64,000 bases of DNA from Coriobacteriia bacterium (GTDB lineage: Bacteria > Actinomycetota > Coriobacteriia > Anaerosomatales > JAAXUF01): NCBI GenBank assembly GCA_038249135.1, contig JBBRWO010000001.1, forward strand, positions 24,876 through 88,875, in the 5' to 3' direction. Shown here piece by piece: positions 1 through 10,041 of the stretch (its first letter is position 1; each line of letters begins with the position of its first letter). The notes beneath the pieces were generated by a model. The model saw nothing but the letters and a program-made list of their open reading frames with translations. It made no database searches and was not told where the DNA came from. The position numbers and the translations under genes were made by a program.

Positions 1-1996
1 TGAGCGCACGCGTCTCGAGGCCGAGGAGGCCGAGTCGCTCAACAAGGACGAAGAGGACCGCTATCGCAAGATGGCGCAAGAAGCCGAGCAGCTCGAACGC
101 CAGAAGGTGCTCGACGAGGCCAAGGCAGCAGTCGCGGCCGCTGCGAACGAGGGCGGGCGCAAGAAGAAGAAGCACAAGAAGCCTGTCGGTGAAGAGGTGG
201 AGGCTGCGCATCATCACGAGGCTGCCACTCACACCGATCTTCCGATCGGTGGCGATTCCGTCCAAGTCACCGAGGGCATCACCGTCGCGGAGTTCGCAGA
301 CGCCCTCGACGTACCTGCCAACGATGTCATTAAGCGTCTCTTCATGCTCGGTTCGCCGCTGACGGTCAACCAGCCCATGATGCGCGACGTAATTGAGATC
401 ATCGGCGAGGACCTTGGCCGAGAAGTCATCATCGTTGCCCCTGAAGCCGAGGCGAAGATGGTGTTCGATGACAAGGATGAGGACCTCAAGCCTCGTCCGC
501 CTGTCGTCACCGTTATGGGCCACGTCGATCACGGTAAGACGTCGCTCCTAGATGCCATACGTGAGACGGGCGTTGCCGCCACGGAAGCCGGCGGCATCAC
601 GCAGCACATCGGCGCGTCAGTCGTCGTCAAGAATGACCGCCAGATCACCTTCATCGACACTCCCGGTCACGAGGCGTTCACCGCCATGCGTGCTCGCGGA
701 GCCAATGCCACCGACATCGTTGTACTGGTTGTTGCGGCAGATGACGGCGTCATGCCGCAGACCGTGGAAGCGATTCACCACGCACAGGCCGCCGGTGTGC
801 CGATCATCGTTGCGGTCAACAAGATCGATAAGGACGGCGCCAACCCTGAGACCGTTCGACAGATGCTCACCGAGTATCAGATCGTGCCGGAGGAGTGGGG
901 CGGCACCAACATCTTCGTGAACGTCTCGGCGAAGAAGCGTCTCCACATCGATGATCTGCTCGAGATGATTCTGCTTCAGGCGGACATATTGGAGCTCAAG
1001 GCCAACCCCGATGCAGGTGCGAGTGGTGTCGTCATCGAGGCCAAGCTCGATAAGGGTCGAGGTCCGATCGCGACCGTTCTCGTGCAGCGCGGTACTCTGC
1101 GTGTCGGTGACGTTCTCGTTGCCGGCACCAGCTACGGTCGAGTTCGTGCGCTCGTCAGCCCCAAGGGCGACACCGTCAAGACCGCTACCCCGGCCGATCC
1201 GGTCGAGATCCAGGGTCTGGCCAGCGTTCCCGCGGCGGGCGACGAGTTCATCGTGTTCGCCGATGAGCGTGACGCCCGTAACGTTGCCGAGGAGCGCGCG
1301 CTCAAGCAGCGCACGCTTGCCCAGCAGACCAAGAAGCATGTCTCCCTCGACGATCTCTTCGCTCGAATCAGCGAAGGTGCGTTGCGCGAGGTGAATCTTG
1401 TCGTCAAGGCTGACGTTCAGGGCTCGATCGAGGCGCTCAAGGACTCGCTCGACAAGATGGACCAGTCCGAAGTCACTATCAACGTCATCCACTCGGCTGT
1501 CGGTGCCATCAGCGAGAGCGACATCACGCTCGCCGACGCCTCCGACGCCATCGTCATCGGATTCAATGTTCGTCCGCAGCCCAAGGCCAAGGCTCTCGCC
1601 GAGGAAGAGGGTGTGGATGTTCGCCTGTACCGCGTCATCTATCAGGCGATCGAAGACATCAACGCGGCGCGTGTAGGCATGCTCGCTCCTGAGTTCCACG
1701 AGGAGGACACGGCTCGCGTCGAGGTCCGCGATCTGTTCAGAGTTCCCAAGGCTGGCGTCATCGCCGGTTGCTACGTTCTCGACGGTGAGATCACCCGTGA
1801 TGACAAGATCCGCATCGTTCGCGACGGAACGATCATCTACGACGGTACGATCCACTCGCTCCGACGCTTCAAGGACGACGTCAAGTCCGTGCGTCAGGGC
1901 TTTGAATGCGGTATCGGTATCGACAACTTCCAGGATCTCAAGGAGGGCGACATCATCGAGGGTTACAAGATCATCGAGGTCGCTCGCGAGTCCTAG
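1..1996 (+). CDS. infB: Translation initiation factor IF-2 (5' truncated by window edge)
   Basis: GHVDHGKT P-loop, DTPGH, NKID motifs and IF-2 C-terminus; frame is open back to the window start. Confidence 0.98.
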   Translation, partial: ERTRLEAEEAESLNKDEEDRYRKMAQEAEQLERQKVLDEAKAAVAAAANEGGRKKKKHKKPVGEEVEAAHHHEAATHTDLPIGGDSVQVTEGITVAEFADALDVPANDVIKRLFMLGSPLTVNQPMMRDVIEIIGEDLGREVIIVAPEAEAKMVFDDKDEDLKPRPPVVTVMGHVDHGKTSLLDAIRETGVAATEAGGITQHIGASVVVKNDRQITFIDTPGHEAFTAMRARGANATDIVVLVVAADDGVMPQTVEAIHHAQAAGVPIIVAVNKIDKDGANPETVRQMLTEYQIVPEEWGGTNIFVNVSAKKRLHIDDLLEMILLQADILELKANPDAGASGVVIEAKLDKGRGPIATVLVQRGTLRVGDVLVAGTSYGRVRALVSPKGDTVKTATPADPVEIQGLASVPAAGDEFIVFADERDARNVAEERALKQRTLAQQTKKHVSLDDLFARISEGALREVNLVVKADVQGSIEALKDSLDKMDQSEVTINVIHSAVGAISESDITLADASDAIVIGFNVRPQPKAKALAEEEGVDVRLYRVIYQAIEDINAARVGMLAPEFHEEDTARVEVRDLFRVPKAGVIAGCYVLDGEITRDDKIRIVRDGTIIYDGTIHSLRRFKDDVKSVRQGFECGIGIDNFQDLKEGDIIEGYKIIEVARES

Positions 1997-2024
1997 GATC
2001 CACTGAGAGCCGAGGCGTTTCGAA

Positions 2025-2465
2025 ATGAAGCAAACACCAAACAGCCGCAGACTGAATGAGCAGGCGCGGGAGGTGGTCGCATCGATCCTCATCGATGAGA
2101 TCTCCGACCCGCGCCTGGGTCTCATCACCGTGACCGGCGCTGAGGTTAGTCCCGACCGCTCCGTGATGATCGTTTACATCAGCACTGATCCTGGCCGCTA
2201 CGACGAGGTCCTCGAAGGCCTCGAGTCGGCCAAGGGACGCATCAGGTCGCTTGTCGGTAGGGCGATCACGTGGCGCGTAACTCCGGAGATTCGCTTCTTC
2301 ATCGACCAGTCGGTGGACTCAGGCGAGCGGATCACGCAGGCGCTCAAGGACGTTCCTCCGTCGCTTGCCTACGAGCGTGAGCACCCGGAACTTGCCCAGA
2401 ACTCCGACGACGCCACTGAGCTAGCAGTAGCCGATGAAGAGGTACCTCCGGTCGAGGAGGCGTAA
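2025..2465 (+). CDS. rbfA: 30S ribosome-binding factor A
   Basis: DPRLGLITVT...TPEIRFFIDQS; follows infB. Confidence 0.95.
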   Translation: MKQTPNSRRLNEQAREVVASILIDEISDPRLGLITVTGAEVSPDRSVMIVYISTDPGRYDEVLEGLESAKGRIRSLVGRAITWRVTPEIRFFIDQSVDSGERITQALKDVPPSLAYEREHPELAQNSDDATELAVADEEVPPVEEA

Positions 2466-2471
2466 GCGAGC

Positions 2472-3440
2472 GTGCTGCCTGAGTTTCACCACGTCGCTGT
2501 CGCGCTTAGAAGAGCGTCCTCGGTCGTGGTGTGCGCGCACGTGCGACCCGATGGCGATGCGATCGGGTCCGCGCTCGCGATGACGCTGGCGCTTCGAGAG
2601 AACGGCATCGCCGCTGTTCCTACGCTCGCCGATGATGAAGAGCCGCCGGCCACCTATGGGTTCTTGCCGGGATTCGGGCTGTACGTGCCCGCAAGCGAGT
2701 TGGCTCCTCCGGACATCTTCATCGCATTGGACACACCGGTGCTTAGTCGGCTTGGTGTAGCCGCGTCGCTTGCCGAGAGCGCCAAAACGCTGGTGGTTCT
2801 CGACCATCATCCCGACTGTTGCGACTACGGGGCCGTGACCGTCTCGGATGCAACCGCGGCCGCCACGGCGCAGATCGTCTGGCGTTTCTGCTCAACACTC
2901 GATCGCGCCCCCAGCCGGGACGTGGCGCAGTGCTGCTACGTCGGTATGATCACCGACACGGGGCGCTTCTCATACGACAACACCTCGGCGGACGCTCTGC
3001 GAGATGCCGCCGCGATGCTCGACACGGGGGTAGACGCGGCCGAAGTCAGCCGACTGGTATATCAGAGTCGTTCCGCATCATCGCTGGCTCTCGAGGCGCT
3101 GGTCGTGTCCCGCCTCGTGACGGTCAATCACGGTCGGGTCGCCTGCTCCTGGGTAACAGACGACGACTATGCGCTGACCGGTGCGCTTCGTACCGAGTCA
3201 GAGTCATTGCCTGATGCGATCCGTGTTCTCGGCGGAATCGACGCGGCGGTGCTTCTCGGACAGCGCGGTGACGTGATCCGTGTCAATCTGCGGTCAAAGA
3301 CCGGAGCCGACGTGGGCAGTGTGGCTCGCGCGTTTGGCGGGGGAGGACACCGAGCGGCATCGGGCTTCACCTGGGAAGGTACTGACCGCGACGAACTGCT
3401 CGCGAGGCTGCTCCCGCTTCTGCCCGGAGGTCAAGCGTGA
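2472..3440 (+). CDS. nrnA: DHH/DHHA1 nanoRNase/pAp phosphatase (NrnA-like)
   Basis: HVRPDGDAIGS, DHH, TDTGRF and GGGGH motifs; rbfA-DHH-truB synteny. Confidence 0.9.
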   Translation: MLPEFHHVAVALRRASSVVVCAHVRPDGDAIGSALAMTLALRENGIAAVPTLADDEEPPATYGFLPGFGLYVPASELAPPDIFIALDTPVLSRLGVAASLAESAKTLVVLDHHPDCCDYGAVTVSDATAAATAQIVWRFCSTLDRAPSRDVAQCCYVGMITDTGRFSYDNTSADALRDAAAMLDTGVDAAEVSRLVYQSRSASSLALEALVVSRLVTVNHGRVACSWVTDDDYALTGALRTESESLPDAIRVLGGIDAAVLLGQRGDVIRVNLRSKTGADVGSVARAFGGGGHRAASGFTWEGTDRDELLARLLPLLPGGQA

Positions 3441-4360
3441 GTGCTCGCCGTGGCGAGAGCGGCTTGTCGGGCATTCTCGTCGTGGATAAGCCCGCCGGCA
3501 TGACCAGTCACGACGTGGTGAACCGCGTGCGGCGCGCGACCGGCGAGCGTCGGGTCGGTCACGCCGGAACGCTGGATCCGATGGCCACCGGCATCCTGGT
3601 GGTGCTGGTGGGACCGGCGACTCGGCTCGCACCGTTCCTGACGGCCGCCGAGAAGGCCTATCGGGCAACTATCGTCTTTGGAGCGCAGACCGATACCGAC
3701 GATACGGATGGGCGTGTGGTTGCCACCGCGCCGATTCCCGATGAGGTTTGTGATCCGTTCTTCGCTGCGGGTACAGTTGCCGCACTCGTCGGTTCACACG
3801 AGCAGATACCGCCGGCCTTCTCGGCGATCAAGCGTGGGGGAGAGGTCTCATACGTCGCTGCGCGGCGCGGTGAGGTGCTTGAGATCGAGCCTCGCAGCAT
3901 TGAGATTCTCGAGTCTCGACTGGTCGGTGTTGATGGAAATCGGGCGCAGTGGGACGTCGAGCTTGCCGTTTCGAAGGGCACGTACATTCGGGCGATTGCG
4001 CGTGATATGGGACCCGCACTGGGCACCGTCGCCCATTTGGGCTCGCTGCGGCGTACGCGATCGGGTTCTTTGTGCGCTGAAGGAGCGGCGACGTTGGATG
4101 CGATTGACTCGTCTGACGACATCCGTTCGCTCTTTGCAGACCCCATCGCAGCCCTGGGATTGGATCAACTTGAGGTTTCGAGTTCGCAACTGAATGATGT
4201 GACGAATGGAAGACGCCTGGGAACTCAGTCGATGGAGCAGCCGCGTCGGTTGGTGTCCGTGGTGCACGAGCGCAGACTTCTGGCGGTCTATGAGCAGGTC
4301 GGTGGGTTCGCCAAGCCCGTAGCGGTCATTCCCGGTGGAGTGGTTGGGGGTTCGCGATGA
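3437..4360 (+). CDS. truB: tRNA pseudouridine(55) synthase
   Basis: DKPAGMTSHDVV, GHAGTLDPMATG, SKGTYIR. Confidence 0.97.
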   Translation: MSARRGESGLSGILVVDKPAGMTSHDVVNRVRRATGERRVGHAGTLDPMATGILVVLVGPATRLAPFLTAAEKAYRATIVFGAQTDTDDTDGRVVATAPIPDEVCDPFFAAGTVAALVGSHEQIPPAFSAIKRGGEVSYVAARRGEVLEIEPRSIEILESRLVGVDGNRAQWDVELAVSKGTYIRAIARDMGPALGTVAHLGSLRRTRSGSLCAEGAATLDAIDSSDDIRSLFADPIAALGLDQLEVSSSQLNDVTNGRRLGTQSMEQPRRLVSVVHERRLLAVYEQVGGFAKPVAVIPGGVVGGSR

Positions 4361-6093
4361 ACACTCGTGCGGTGGAGTGGTGTGAGGACATGCACTCCCT
4401 TGGTGCGGCTGTCGTGGCGATCGGCGTCTTTGACGGCGTTCACGTCGGTCACCAGACGCTGCTTCAGGCCACCGTTGCAGAAGCTCGGCTGCAGGGGGCG
4501 AGTGCCGTTGCCGTCACATTTGACCGGGATCCGGACCAAGTGGTCTCCCCTGAGACGGCGGCACCGCAACTGCTCAGCTTGGCTGACAAACTGCGCTTCA
4601 TCGCTGATACCGGAATCGACACCGTCCTCGTGATTCCGTTCACGCTTCAGGTGGCGTCGATGTCCCCTGAGATGTTTCTTGAGAATGTGCTGACGCTGGC
4701 GATGAGGCCGGTCGCACTACACGTCGGACGTGATTTCCGTTTTGGCGCTCGTGCGAGTGGGGACTTGCAGGCACTGGAGCGGTTCGGGATGTCCCGTGGA
4801 TTCGCCGTGACCGGACACGAGCTTGTGGAAGTCGGTGGAGAACCCATCACCTCTACGCGCATCCGCCGTTTGGTCGCCTCCGGCGATATCGTTGCCGCAT
4901 CGGCCCTGCTCGGGAGGTCGCCCAGAATCACCGGCACTGTTCGTCCGGGCAGAGGAGAGGGCGCCAAGATCGGCTTTCCGACTGCGAACATCCTTCCGGA
5001 ACCGTATGCCGCGCTGCCCGCAGACGGTGTCTATGCCGGGAGAGTCGTGTTTCCCGATGGGTCGGCGTGGGCTGCGGCGGTGTCCGTTGGCACACCGCCG
5101 ACGTTTCCCGCCGCGCGTGACTATCTCGAGGCGCATCTCATCGGCTTCGAAGGCGATCTCTACGATCAGGAGCTGACTATTGAGTTTCTTCAGCACCTGA
5201 GGGCTCAGCAGGCGTTTGCTTCGTTACCTGAGCTCACTGCGGCTATTGCGCTGGACGTCGAACGAGCGCTCGACATCGCCGGGTTCGACTTGGAAGATGC
5301 TGACCTGGCCGACGACGACGTGGCTGACGATGACGCGGCTGACGATGACCTGATCGATGACGACGTTTACATCGACAATCCCGCTGCGCTCGCTGCTGCG
5401 GAGAGAGCTGTCCGATCGGTCGATCGTGAGGCGGTGTACGGGCAGGTCGATGAGGAGTGGGTCGAGCTCCTCGGACCGGTCGTCATCTCTGGCCTCATGG
5501 GATCAGCCGGGCTGAATGGATTCCGCATCACCGCACCGCTTGAAGCGGCAGGTGTTCCCTTCGTGTGGCAACCGTATCCGCCTGAGGAGATGCCTGCATT
5601 CAGGGTCGCGTACGGCGCGGTAGACCGTCCGTTCACGCTCTTTGTTCCGGCGAGCTATCTTGAATCAGCGCGTCAGGTGCTTACCGATGACACCTCGGTT
5701 GAGGTAGATCTATACGAGGACGACATACCACAAGACGGTTCGCAAGAATCGAGTGACTCTGGAGCCGCATGGTTCATCGATGACCCGGCCCTGCTTGCCG
5801 CAGCCGAGGAGACTGTGCGCTTGCAGGCCGAGGACGAGGACGGTGACATCGATTGGGACTCGTGGATGCCGGTGCTTATCGACCAGCCTTACGATCGTCG
5901 ACGCCTTCTCGGACTGCAGTTCGCACTTCAGTCTGTCGGGATACCCGTGAAATGGGATCCGTTCTCTCCGGCCAAGACCGGGCTTCTTGATCGTGGCTTC
6001 TTCAAGCGGCCCGAGTTCACGCTCGCGGTGCCGGGGGATCGTTTCGATGAGGCGCAGAACGTCATCGAGCAAAGCGAACCACAGGCGAACTGA
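4357..6093 (+). CDS. ribF: Bifunctional riboflavin kinase/FAD synthetase with long C-terminal extension
   Basis: GVFDGVHVGHQ, ITSTRIR, GFPTAN, GVYAG, EAHL; about 265 extra C-terminal residues. Confidence 0.93.
   Translation: MNTRAVEWCEDMHSLGAAVVAIGVFDGVHVGHQTLLQATVAEARLQGASAVAVTFDRDPDQVVSPETAAPQLLSLADKLRFIADTGIDTVLVIPFTLQVASMSPEMFLENVLTLAMRPVALHVGRDFRFGARASGDLQALERFGMSRGFAVTGHELVEVGGEPITSTRIRRLVASGDIVAASALLGRSPRITGTVRPGRGEGAKIGFPTANILPEPYAALPADGVYAGRVVFPDGSAWAAAVSVGTPPTFPAARDYLEAHLIGFEGDLYDQELTIEFLQHLRAQQAFASLPELTAAIALDVERALDIAGFDLEDADLADDDVADDDAADDDLIDDDVYIDNPAALAAAERAVRSVDREAVYGQVDEEWVELLGPVVISGLMGSAGLNGFRITAPLEAAGVPFVWQPYPPEEMPAFRVAYGAVDRPFTLFVPASYLESARQVLTDDTSVEVDLYEDDIPQDGSQESSDSGAAWFIDDPALLAAAEETVRLQAEDEDGDIDWDSWMPVLIDQPYDRRRLLGLQFALQSVGIPVKWDPFSPAKTGLLDRGFFKRPEFTLAVPGDRFDEAQNVIEQSEPQAN
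5296..5370 (+). repeat. Degenerate 15-bp tandem repeat encoding an acidic linker (DADLA DDDVA DDDAA DDDLI DDDVY)
   Basis: gacgacgacgtggct / gacgatgacgcggct / gacgatgacctgatc read directly. Confidence 0.7.
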
Positions 6094-6118
6094 GGCAGGC
6101 TACTCCCGGCGGCGTGTG

Positions 6119-6222
6119 TGATATACTTCGGCGGTTGTTCGAAACTACCCCTGCCTTAGAGGTGCGATTAATACCCGCCCATCTCGGACTGGGGCGAATT
6201 CCACGTGAAAGGTGGACAAGAT
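6119..6222 (+). promoter_or_regulatory. Extended -10 promoter (TG-A-TATACT) and about 90-nt rpsO leader, possible S15 autoregulatory element
   Basis: TGATATACT at 6119-6127; rpsO leaders commonly bind S15; structure not verified. Confidence 0.5.
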
Positions 6223-6492
6223 ATGCCGCTTCCCAAGGATGTAAAGACCGGAATCATCGCTGAGTACAAGCGCGGTGACTCCGACACCGGTTCGACCGAG
6301 GTCCAGGTCGCTCTGCTCACGCAGCGCATTCGTGACCTCACCGAGCACCTCAAGATGCACAAGAAGGATCACCACACCCGTCGTGGTCTCCTGCAGATGG
6401 TCGGCCAGCGTCGTCGCCTTCTGAACTACCTCAAGAAGTCAGACATCGAGCGCTACCGTACGGTCATCGCTCAGCTCGGTATTCGCGGTTAG
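6223..6492 (+). CDS. rpsO: 30S ribosomal protein S15
   Basis: [13 protein letters not shown]...[12 protein letters not shown]; ATG at 6223 after AAAGGTGG gives 89 aa. Confidence 0.98.
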   Translation: MPLPKDVKTGIIAEYKRGDSDTGSTEVQVALLTQRIRDLTEHLKMHKKDHHTRRGLLQMVGQRRRLLNYLKKSDIERYRTVIAQLGIRG

Positions 6493-6508
6493 TCAACATC
6501 GAAGGACT

Positions 6509-6539
6509 GAGGGCGGGAGATTTCTCCCGCCCTCTTCTT
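6509..6539 (+). terminator. Intrinsic terminator after rpsO
   Basis: GAGGGCGGGAG-ATTT-CTCCCGCCCTC followed by TTCTT. Confidence 0.8.
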
Positions 6540-6598
6540 GATACAGGCCGGGAGCGCATGGGGCGCTCCGGTAGAGGACGAGGGAAGAAGAGAGATTC

Positions 6599-8791
6599 AT
6601 GGCTAAAGTAGTAGAGACATTTGAGCTTTACGGTAAAGAGTACGTTCTGGAGACCGGCGAACTGGCCAAGCAGGCCGGTGGCGCCGTTCTTGTTCGTCAG
6701 GCCGAGACCATCGTTCTTGTCACCGCGACCGCGTCGAAGTTCCCTAAGGACCTGGACTTCTTCCCGCTCACCGTCGACTTCGAAGAGCGTATGTACGCCG
6801 CGGGCAAGCTCCCAGGTGGCTTCATCAAGCGTGAGTCCCGTCCTTCCGAGAAGGCCACCCTCACCGCTCGCATGATCGACCGCCCCATCCGCTCGTCGTT
6901 CGCCGACGGGTTCCGCAACGAGGTCCAGGTCATCGCGACCGTCCTCTCGGCGGATCAGATCAACCAGCCTGACGTCATCTCGATCATGGGCGCCTCAGCT
7001 GCGCTGCTCGCCGCTGGTATCCCGTTCGAGGGTCCGCTGGCCGGCGTTCGTATCTGCCGTGACATGGAGACTGGCGAGTTCATCGTGAACCCGAGCTTCG
7101 TTCAGGCCGAGGATTCCGATCTCGACCTCGTCGTCGCCGGTTCCAAGGACGCTGTCTACATGCTCGAGGCCGGCGCTCGTGAGGTCAGCGAGGAGGACAT
7201 GCTCGCCGCTCTCATGTTCGCGCAGGAGGCCATCGGCGCGTTTTGCGAGGTGCAGGAGCGCTTCCTGGCCAAGCTCGAGATCACGCCCATGGACGTCAAG
7301 CTGCAGTCCGTCGATCCCGCTATCACCGAGCGCGTCTTCGCGGCAGGTACCGACAAGATGAACGTCGCGCTGCACAACGCCGACAAGCACGCTCGCATGG
7401 CCGGCGTTCAGGCCGTCAAGGACGAGATCCTCGCCACCTTCTCGGAGGAAGAGATCGCGGCCAGCGGCAAGGACATCAAGGCCACGCTTAAGCAGCTCGA
7501 GAAGAAGACCATGCGCACCATGGTCCTCAAGGAGGGCGAGCGCGCCGACGGCCGTAAGCTCGACGAGGTCCGCCAGATCACCACGGTCGCCGGCTACCTG
7601 CCGCGCAGCCACGGATCCGGCCTCTTCACCCGCGGTCAGACCCAGGTCCTCTCCGTCCTGACCCTCGGCATGCTTTCCGAGTGGCAGCGCATGGACACCA
7701 TCGACGTGGCCGAGGGCAAGCGCTACATCCACCACTACAACTTCCCGCCGTTCTCCACCGGTGAGACGGGCTTCATGCGTGGCCCCAAGCGTCGCGACAT
7801 CGGTCACGGTGCGCTCGCCGAGCGTGCCCTGCTCCCGGTCGTTCCCGCCGAGGAGGACTTCCCTTACACCATCCGTATCGTGTCTGAGGTGCTCGAGTCT
7901 AACGGCTCCAGCTCCATGGGCTCGGTCTGCGGCTCGAGCCTGGCGCTCATGGACGCCGGCGTGCCGATAAAGGCACCGGTTTCCGGTATCGCGATGGGCC
8001 TCATCAAGGAGGGTGACGACGTCGCCATCCTGACCGACATCCAGGGCCTCGAGGACTTCCTCGGCGACATGGACTTCAAGGTCGCGGGTACCGCTGAGGG
8101 CATCACCGCCATGCAGATGGACAACAAGGCCAAGGGCCTCTCGGTCGACATCCTGCGCGCTGCGCTCATGCAGGCCAAGGAAGGTCGCGCGTTCATCCTC
8201 GGCAAGATGCTCGAATCGATCGACGTTCCCCGCGAGGAGATGAGCCAGTACGCTCCCCGCATCATCACCATCAAGATCCCGACCGACAAGATTCGTGACG
8301 TCATCGGATCAGGCGGCAAGGTCATCCGCAGCATCCAGGCCGATACGGGCGCACAGATCGACATCCAGGAAGACGGTACGATCTTCATCGCGTCGCGCGA
8401 CCTCGGTGGCGAAGAGGCTGCGGCTCGCATCAAGGCCATCTGCAAGGAGCCGGAGATCGGCGAGGAGTACCACGGTCGCGTCGTCGCCATTCAGGCGTTC
8501 GGTGCCTTCGTCGAGCTCTTCCCGGGCAAGGACGGCCTGCTGCACATCAGCCGTGTGGCCAATGGTCGCGTCGGCAAGGTCGAAGACGTCCTCAACGTGG
8601 GCGACGAAGTCCACGTCAAGATCCTCGAGATCGACGATCGCGGCAAGGTCAGTCTCGACCGACTCGACAAGCCGGATGCCCCTGCGGGCTCCGCGTCGTC
8701 AGCGCCGAGCGGCGACCGTGGCGACCGCCCCAGCGGCGACCGCCCGCCGCGTCGTGAGGGCAGCGACCGCAAGCCGCGCCGTCAGCACTAG
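6599..8791 (+). CDS. pnp: Polyribonucleotide nucleotidyltransferase (PNPase)
   Basis: FFPLTVDF, RSHGSGLFTRGQTQ, SNGSSSM, GDMDFKVAGT, KH and S1 domains. Confidence 0.99.
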   Translation: MAKVVETFELYGKEYVLETGELAKQAGGAVLVRQAETIVLVTATASKFPKDLDFFPLTVDFEERMYAAGKLPGGFIKRESRPSEKATLTARMIDRPIRSSFADGFRNEVQVIATVLSADQINQPDVISIMGASAALLAAGIPFEGPLAGVRICRDMETGEFIVNPSFVQAEDSDLDLVVAGSKDAVYMLEAGAREVSEEDMLAALMFAQEAIGAFCEVQERFLAKLEITPMDVKLQSVDPAITERVFAAGTDKMNVALHNADKHARMAGVQAVKDEILATFSEEEIAASGKDIKATLKQLEKKTMRTMVLKEGERADGRKLDEVRQITTVAGYLPRSHGSGLFTRGQTQVLSVLTLGMLSEWQRMDTIDVAEGKRYIHHYNFPPFSTGETGFMRGPKRRDIGHGALAERALLPVVPAEEDFPYTIRIVSEVLESNGSSSMGSVCGSSLALMDAGVPIKAPVSGIAMGLIKEGDDVAILTDIQGLEDFLGDMDFKVAGTAEGITAMQMDNKAKGLSVDILRAALMQAKEGRAFILGKMLESIDVPREEMSQYAPRIITIKIPTDKIRDVIGSGGKVIRSIQADTGAQIDIQEDGTIFIASRDLGGEEAAARIKAICKEPEIGEEYHGRVVAIQAFGAFVELFPGKDGLLHISRVANGRVGKVEDVLNVGDEVHVKILEIDDRGKVSLDRLDKPDAPAGSASSAPSGDRGDRPSGDRPPRREGSDRKPRRQH

Positions 8792-8818
8792 ACAGCCTGC
8801 GCGAACCTAGCACTCAAG

Positions 8819-8856
8819 ATGAGACCCCGTTTCCCGCTAGGGAGGCGGGGCCTCAT
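8819..8856. terminator. Hairpin between convergent pnp and acyltransferase genes
   Basis: ATGAGACCCCGTTTCCC-GCTA-GGGAGGCGGGGCCTCAT imperfect inverted repeat. Confidence 0.7.
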
Positions 8857-8859
8857 TCG

Positions 8860-9999
8860 TTACAATTCCGCCGGATAGGCATCGAGTTCTGTGGTTTCGT
8901 CAGGGTTTCGAAGCGCCCGCCTAGGAGTGCCGAGCCCTACGAGCCAGGCAGTGGACGTGTGTGCAGCGAGTAGTGCAATGATCGCGAGCGACATGCCTGT
9001 GATCACAACGAGCGACAGGACGGCGAACCACGGCGAGCCCCACAATGCGGATGCGCCGAGCGCAGTAACCGCGGAACGCCAGACGAGCAGCAGTGCCGGG
9101 TGGACAAGGTAGACGCCATAGGAATACGCGGCTGCTGTCGCAACACGAGGTCGTGCTGGGTCATCGAGGCGTATACGAAACGCCAGCCCGGCGAGTCCGA
9201 GTACCAGTAGACCCATCACCACCGGGGTCACGGTGATCGCCAAGGGTGTTCGGCTAAGAGCGGGGAGGTAGCCGGTGGCTGTGGCCAAGGACAACGTCAC
9301 GCCGGCCGTCGCGAGGACAGGCCAGAGGAGTTGCAGCCACGGGAGAACGTGTTCTTTTCGACGCGCGAACCACGCACCCAATGCCATGTGACTGAGGTGA
9401 GTGATGGCGGCTGCTGCGAAGGTCACGAGCATCGGCCCGCCGACGCGGGACCCAAGTGCCGTCACCGAGCCAGTGAGTGTCAGAACGGCTACGTATGCTC
9501 CCAGTACAAACAGCTCGGGCCATCGACGCGCGAGCGGGGCAGCGAGAGGAGTGAGTACGTAGAAGAGAACGAGCACGGGCACGAAGTAGAGGTGATACCA
9601 GGAGCGCCCTGTGAGCACGAGGAGTGGTGCGTGGGCGACCCAGTATGTCCAGTCGCCCCGAATGCCCGCGATGGTCAGGTAGAGCGCCGACCACGCGAGA
9701 TAGGGTGCCGTGACAGTGATGGCACGGCGTTGAAGAAACCGTGCGTAGTGACCCGGCGAGCTTCCCTTGTAGCCGCCCCACACTAACGCGCCTGAGACGA
9801 AGAAGAAGACCGGCACAGCAAAGTGCAGGAGTTCGTCGAGAAACGATACCCTTGTAACCGGTGCGCCAGGGACGCGGTAAACCATGAGAACATGAATGCC
9901 GACAACGGCGACCATCGCCCAGACCCGCAGCAAGTCGTAACCGGTTTCGCGTTCCGTTTTTGCCACCCTGTATGATGAATCATGTGTGTCCGGGCGCAT
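8860..9999 (-). CDS. Membrane acyltransferase (Acyl_transf_3 family); start may be GTG 9966
   Basis: DLLRVWAMVAVVGIH, AVPVFFFVSG, YHLYFVPV, YSYGVYLVHP; multiple TM segments. Confidence 0.85.
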   Translation of the reverse strand: MRPDTHDSSYRVAKTERETGYDLLRVWAMVAVVGIHVLMVYRVPGAPVTRVSFLDELLHFAVPVFFFVSGALVWGGYKGSSPGHYARFLQRRAITVTAPYLAWSALYLTIAGIRGDWTYWVAHAPLLVLTGRSWYHLYFVPVLVLFYVLTPLAAPLARRWPELFVLGAYVAVLTLTGSVTALGSRVGGPMLVTFAAAAITHLSHMALGAWFARRKEHVLPWLQLLWPVLATAGVTLSLATATGYLPALSRTPLAITVTPVVMGLLVLGLAGLAFRIRLDDPARPRVATAAAYSYGVYLVHPALLLVWRSAVTALGASALWGSPWFAVLSLVVITGMSLAIIALLAAHTSTAWLVGLGTPRRALRNPDETTELDAYPAEL

Positions 10000-10041
10000 C
10001 GGCAGGTCAACCTCTCACAAGAATCTCTCAAGGGAGAATTC

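Noticed and set aside
617-2128. 503-aa antisense ORF, and similar long antisense ORFs over pnp, yajQ, rny and miaB
   Set aside because: Shadow frames caused by high-GC codon bias opposite well-conserved genes; no motifs or RBS.
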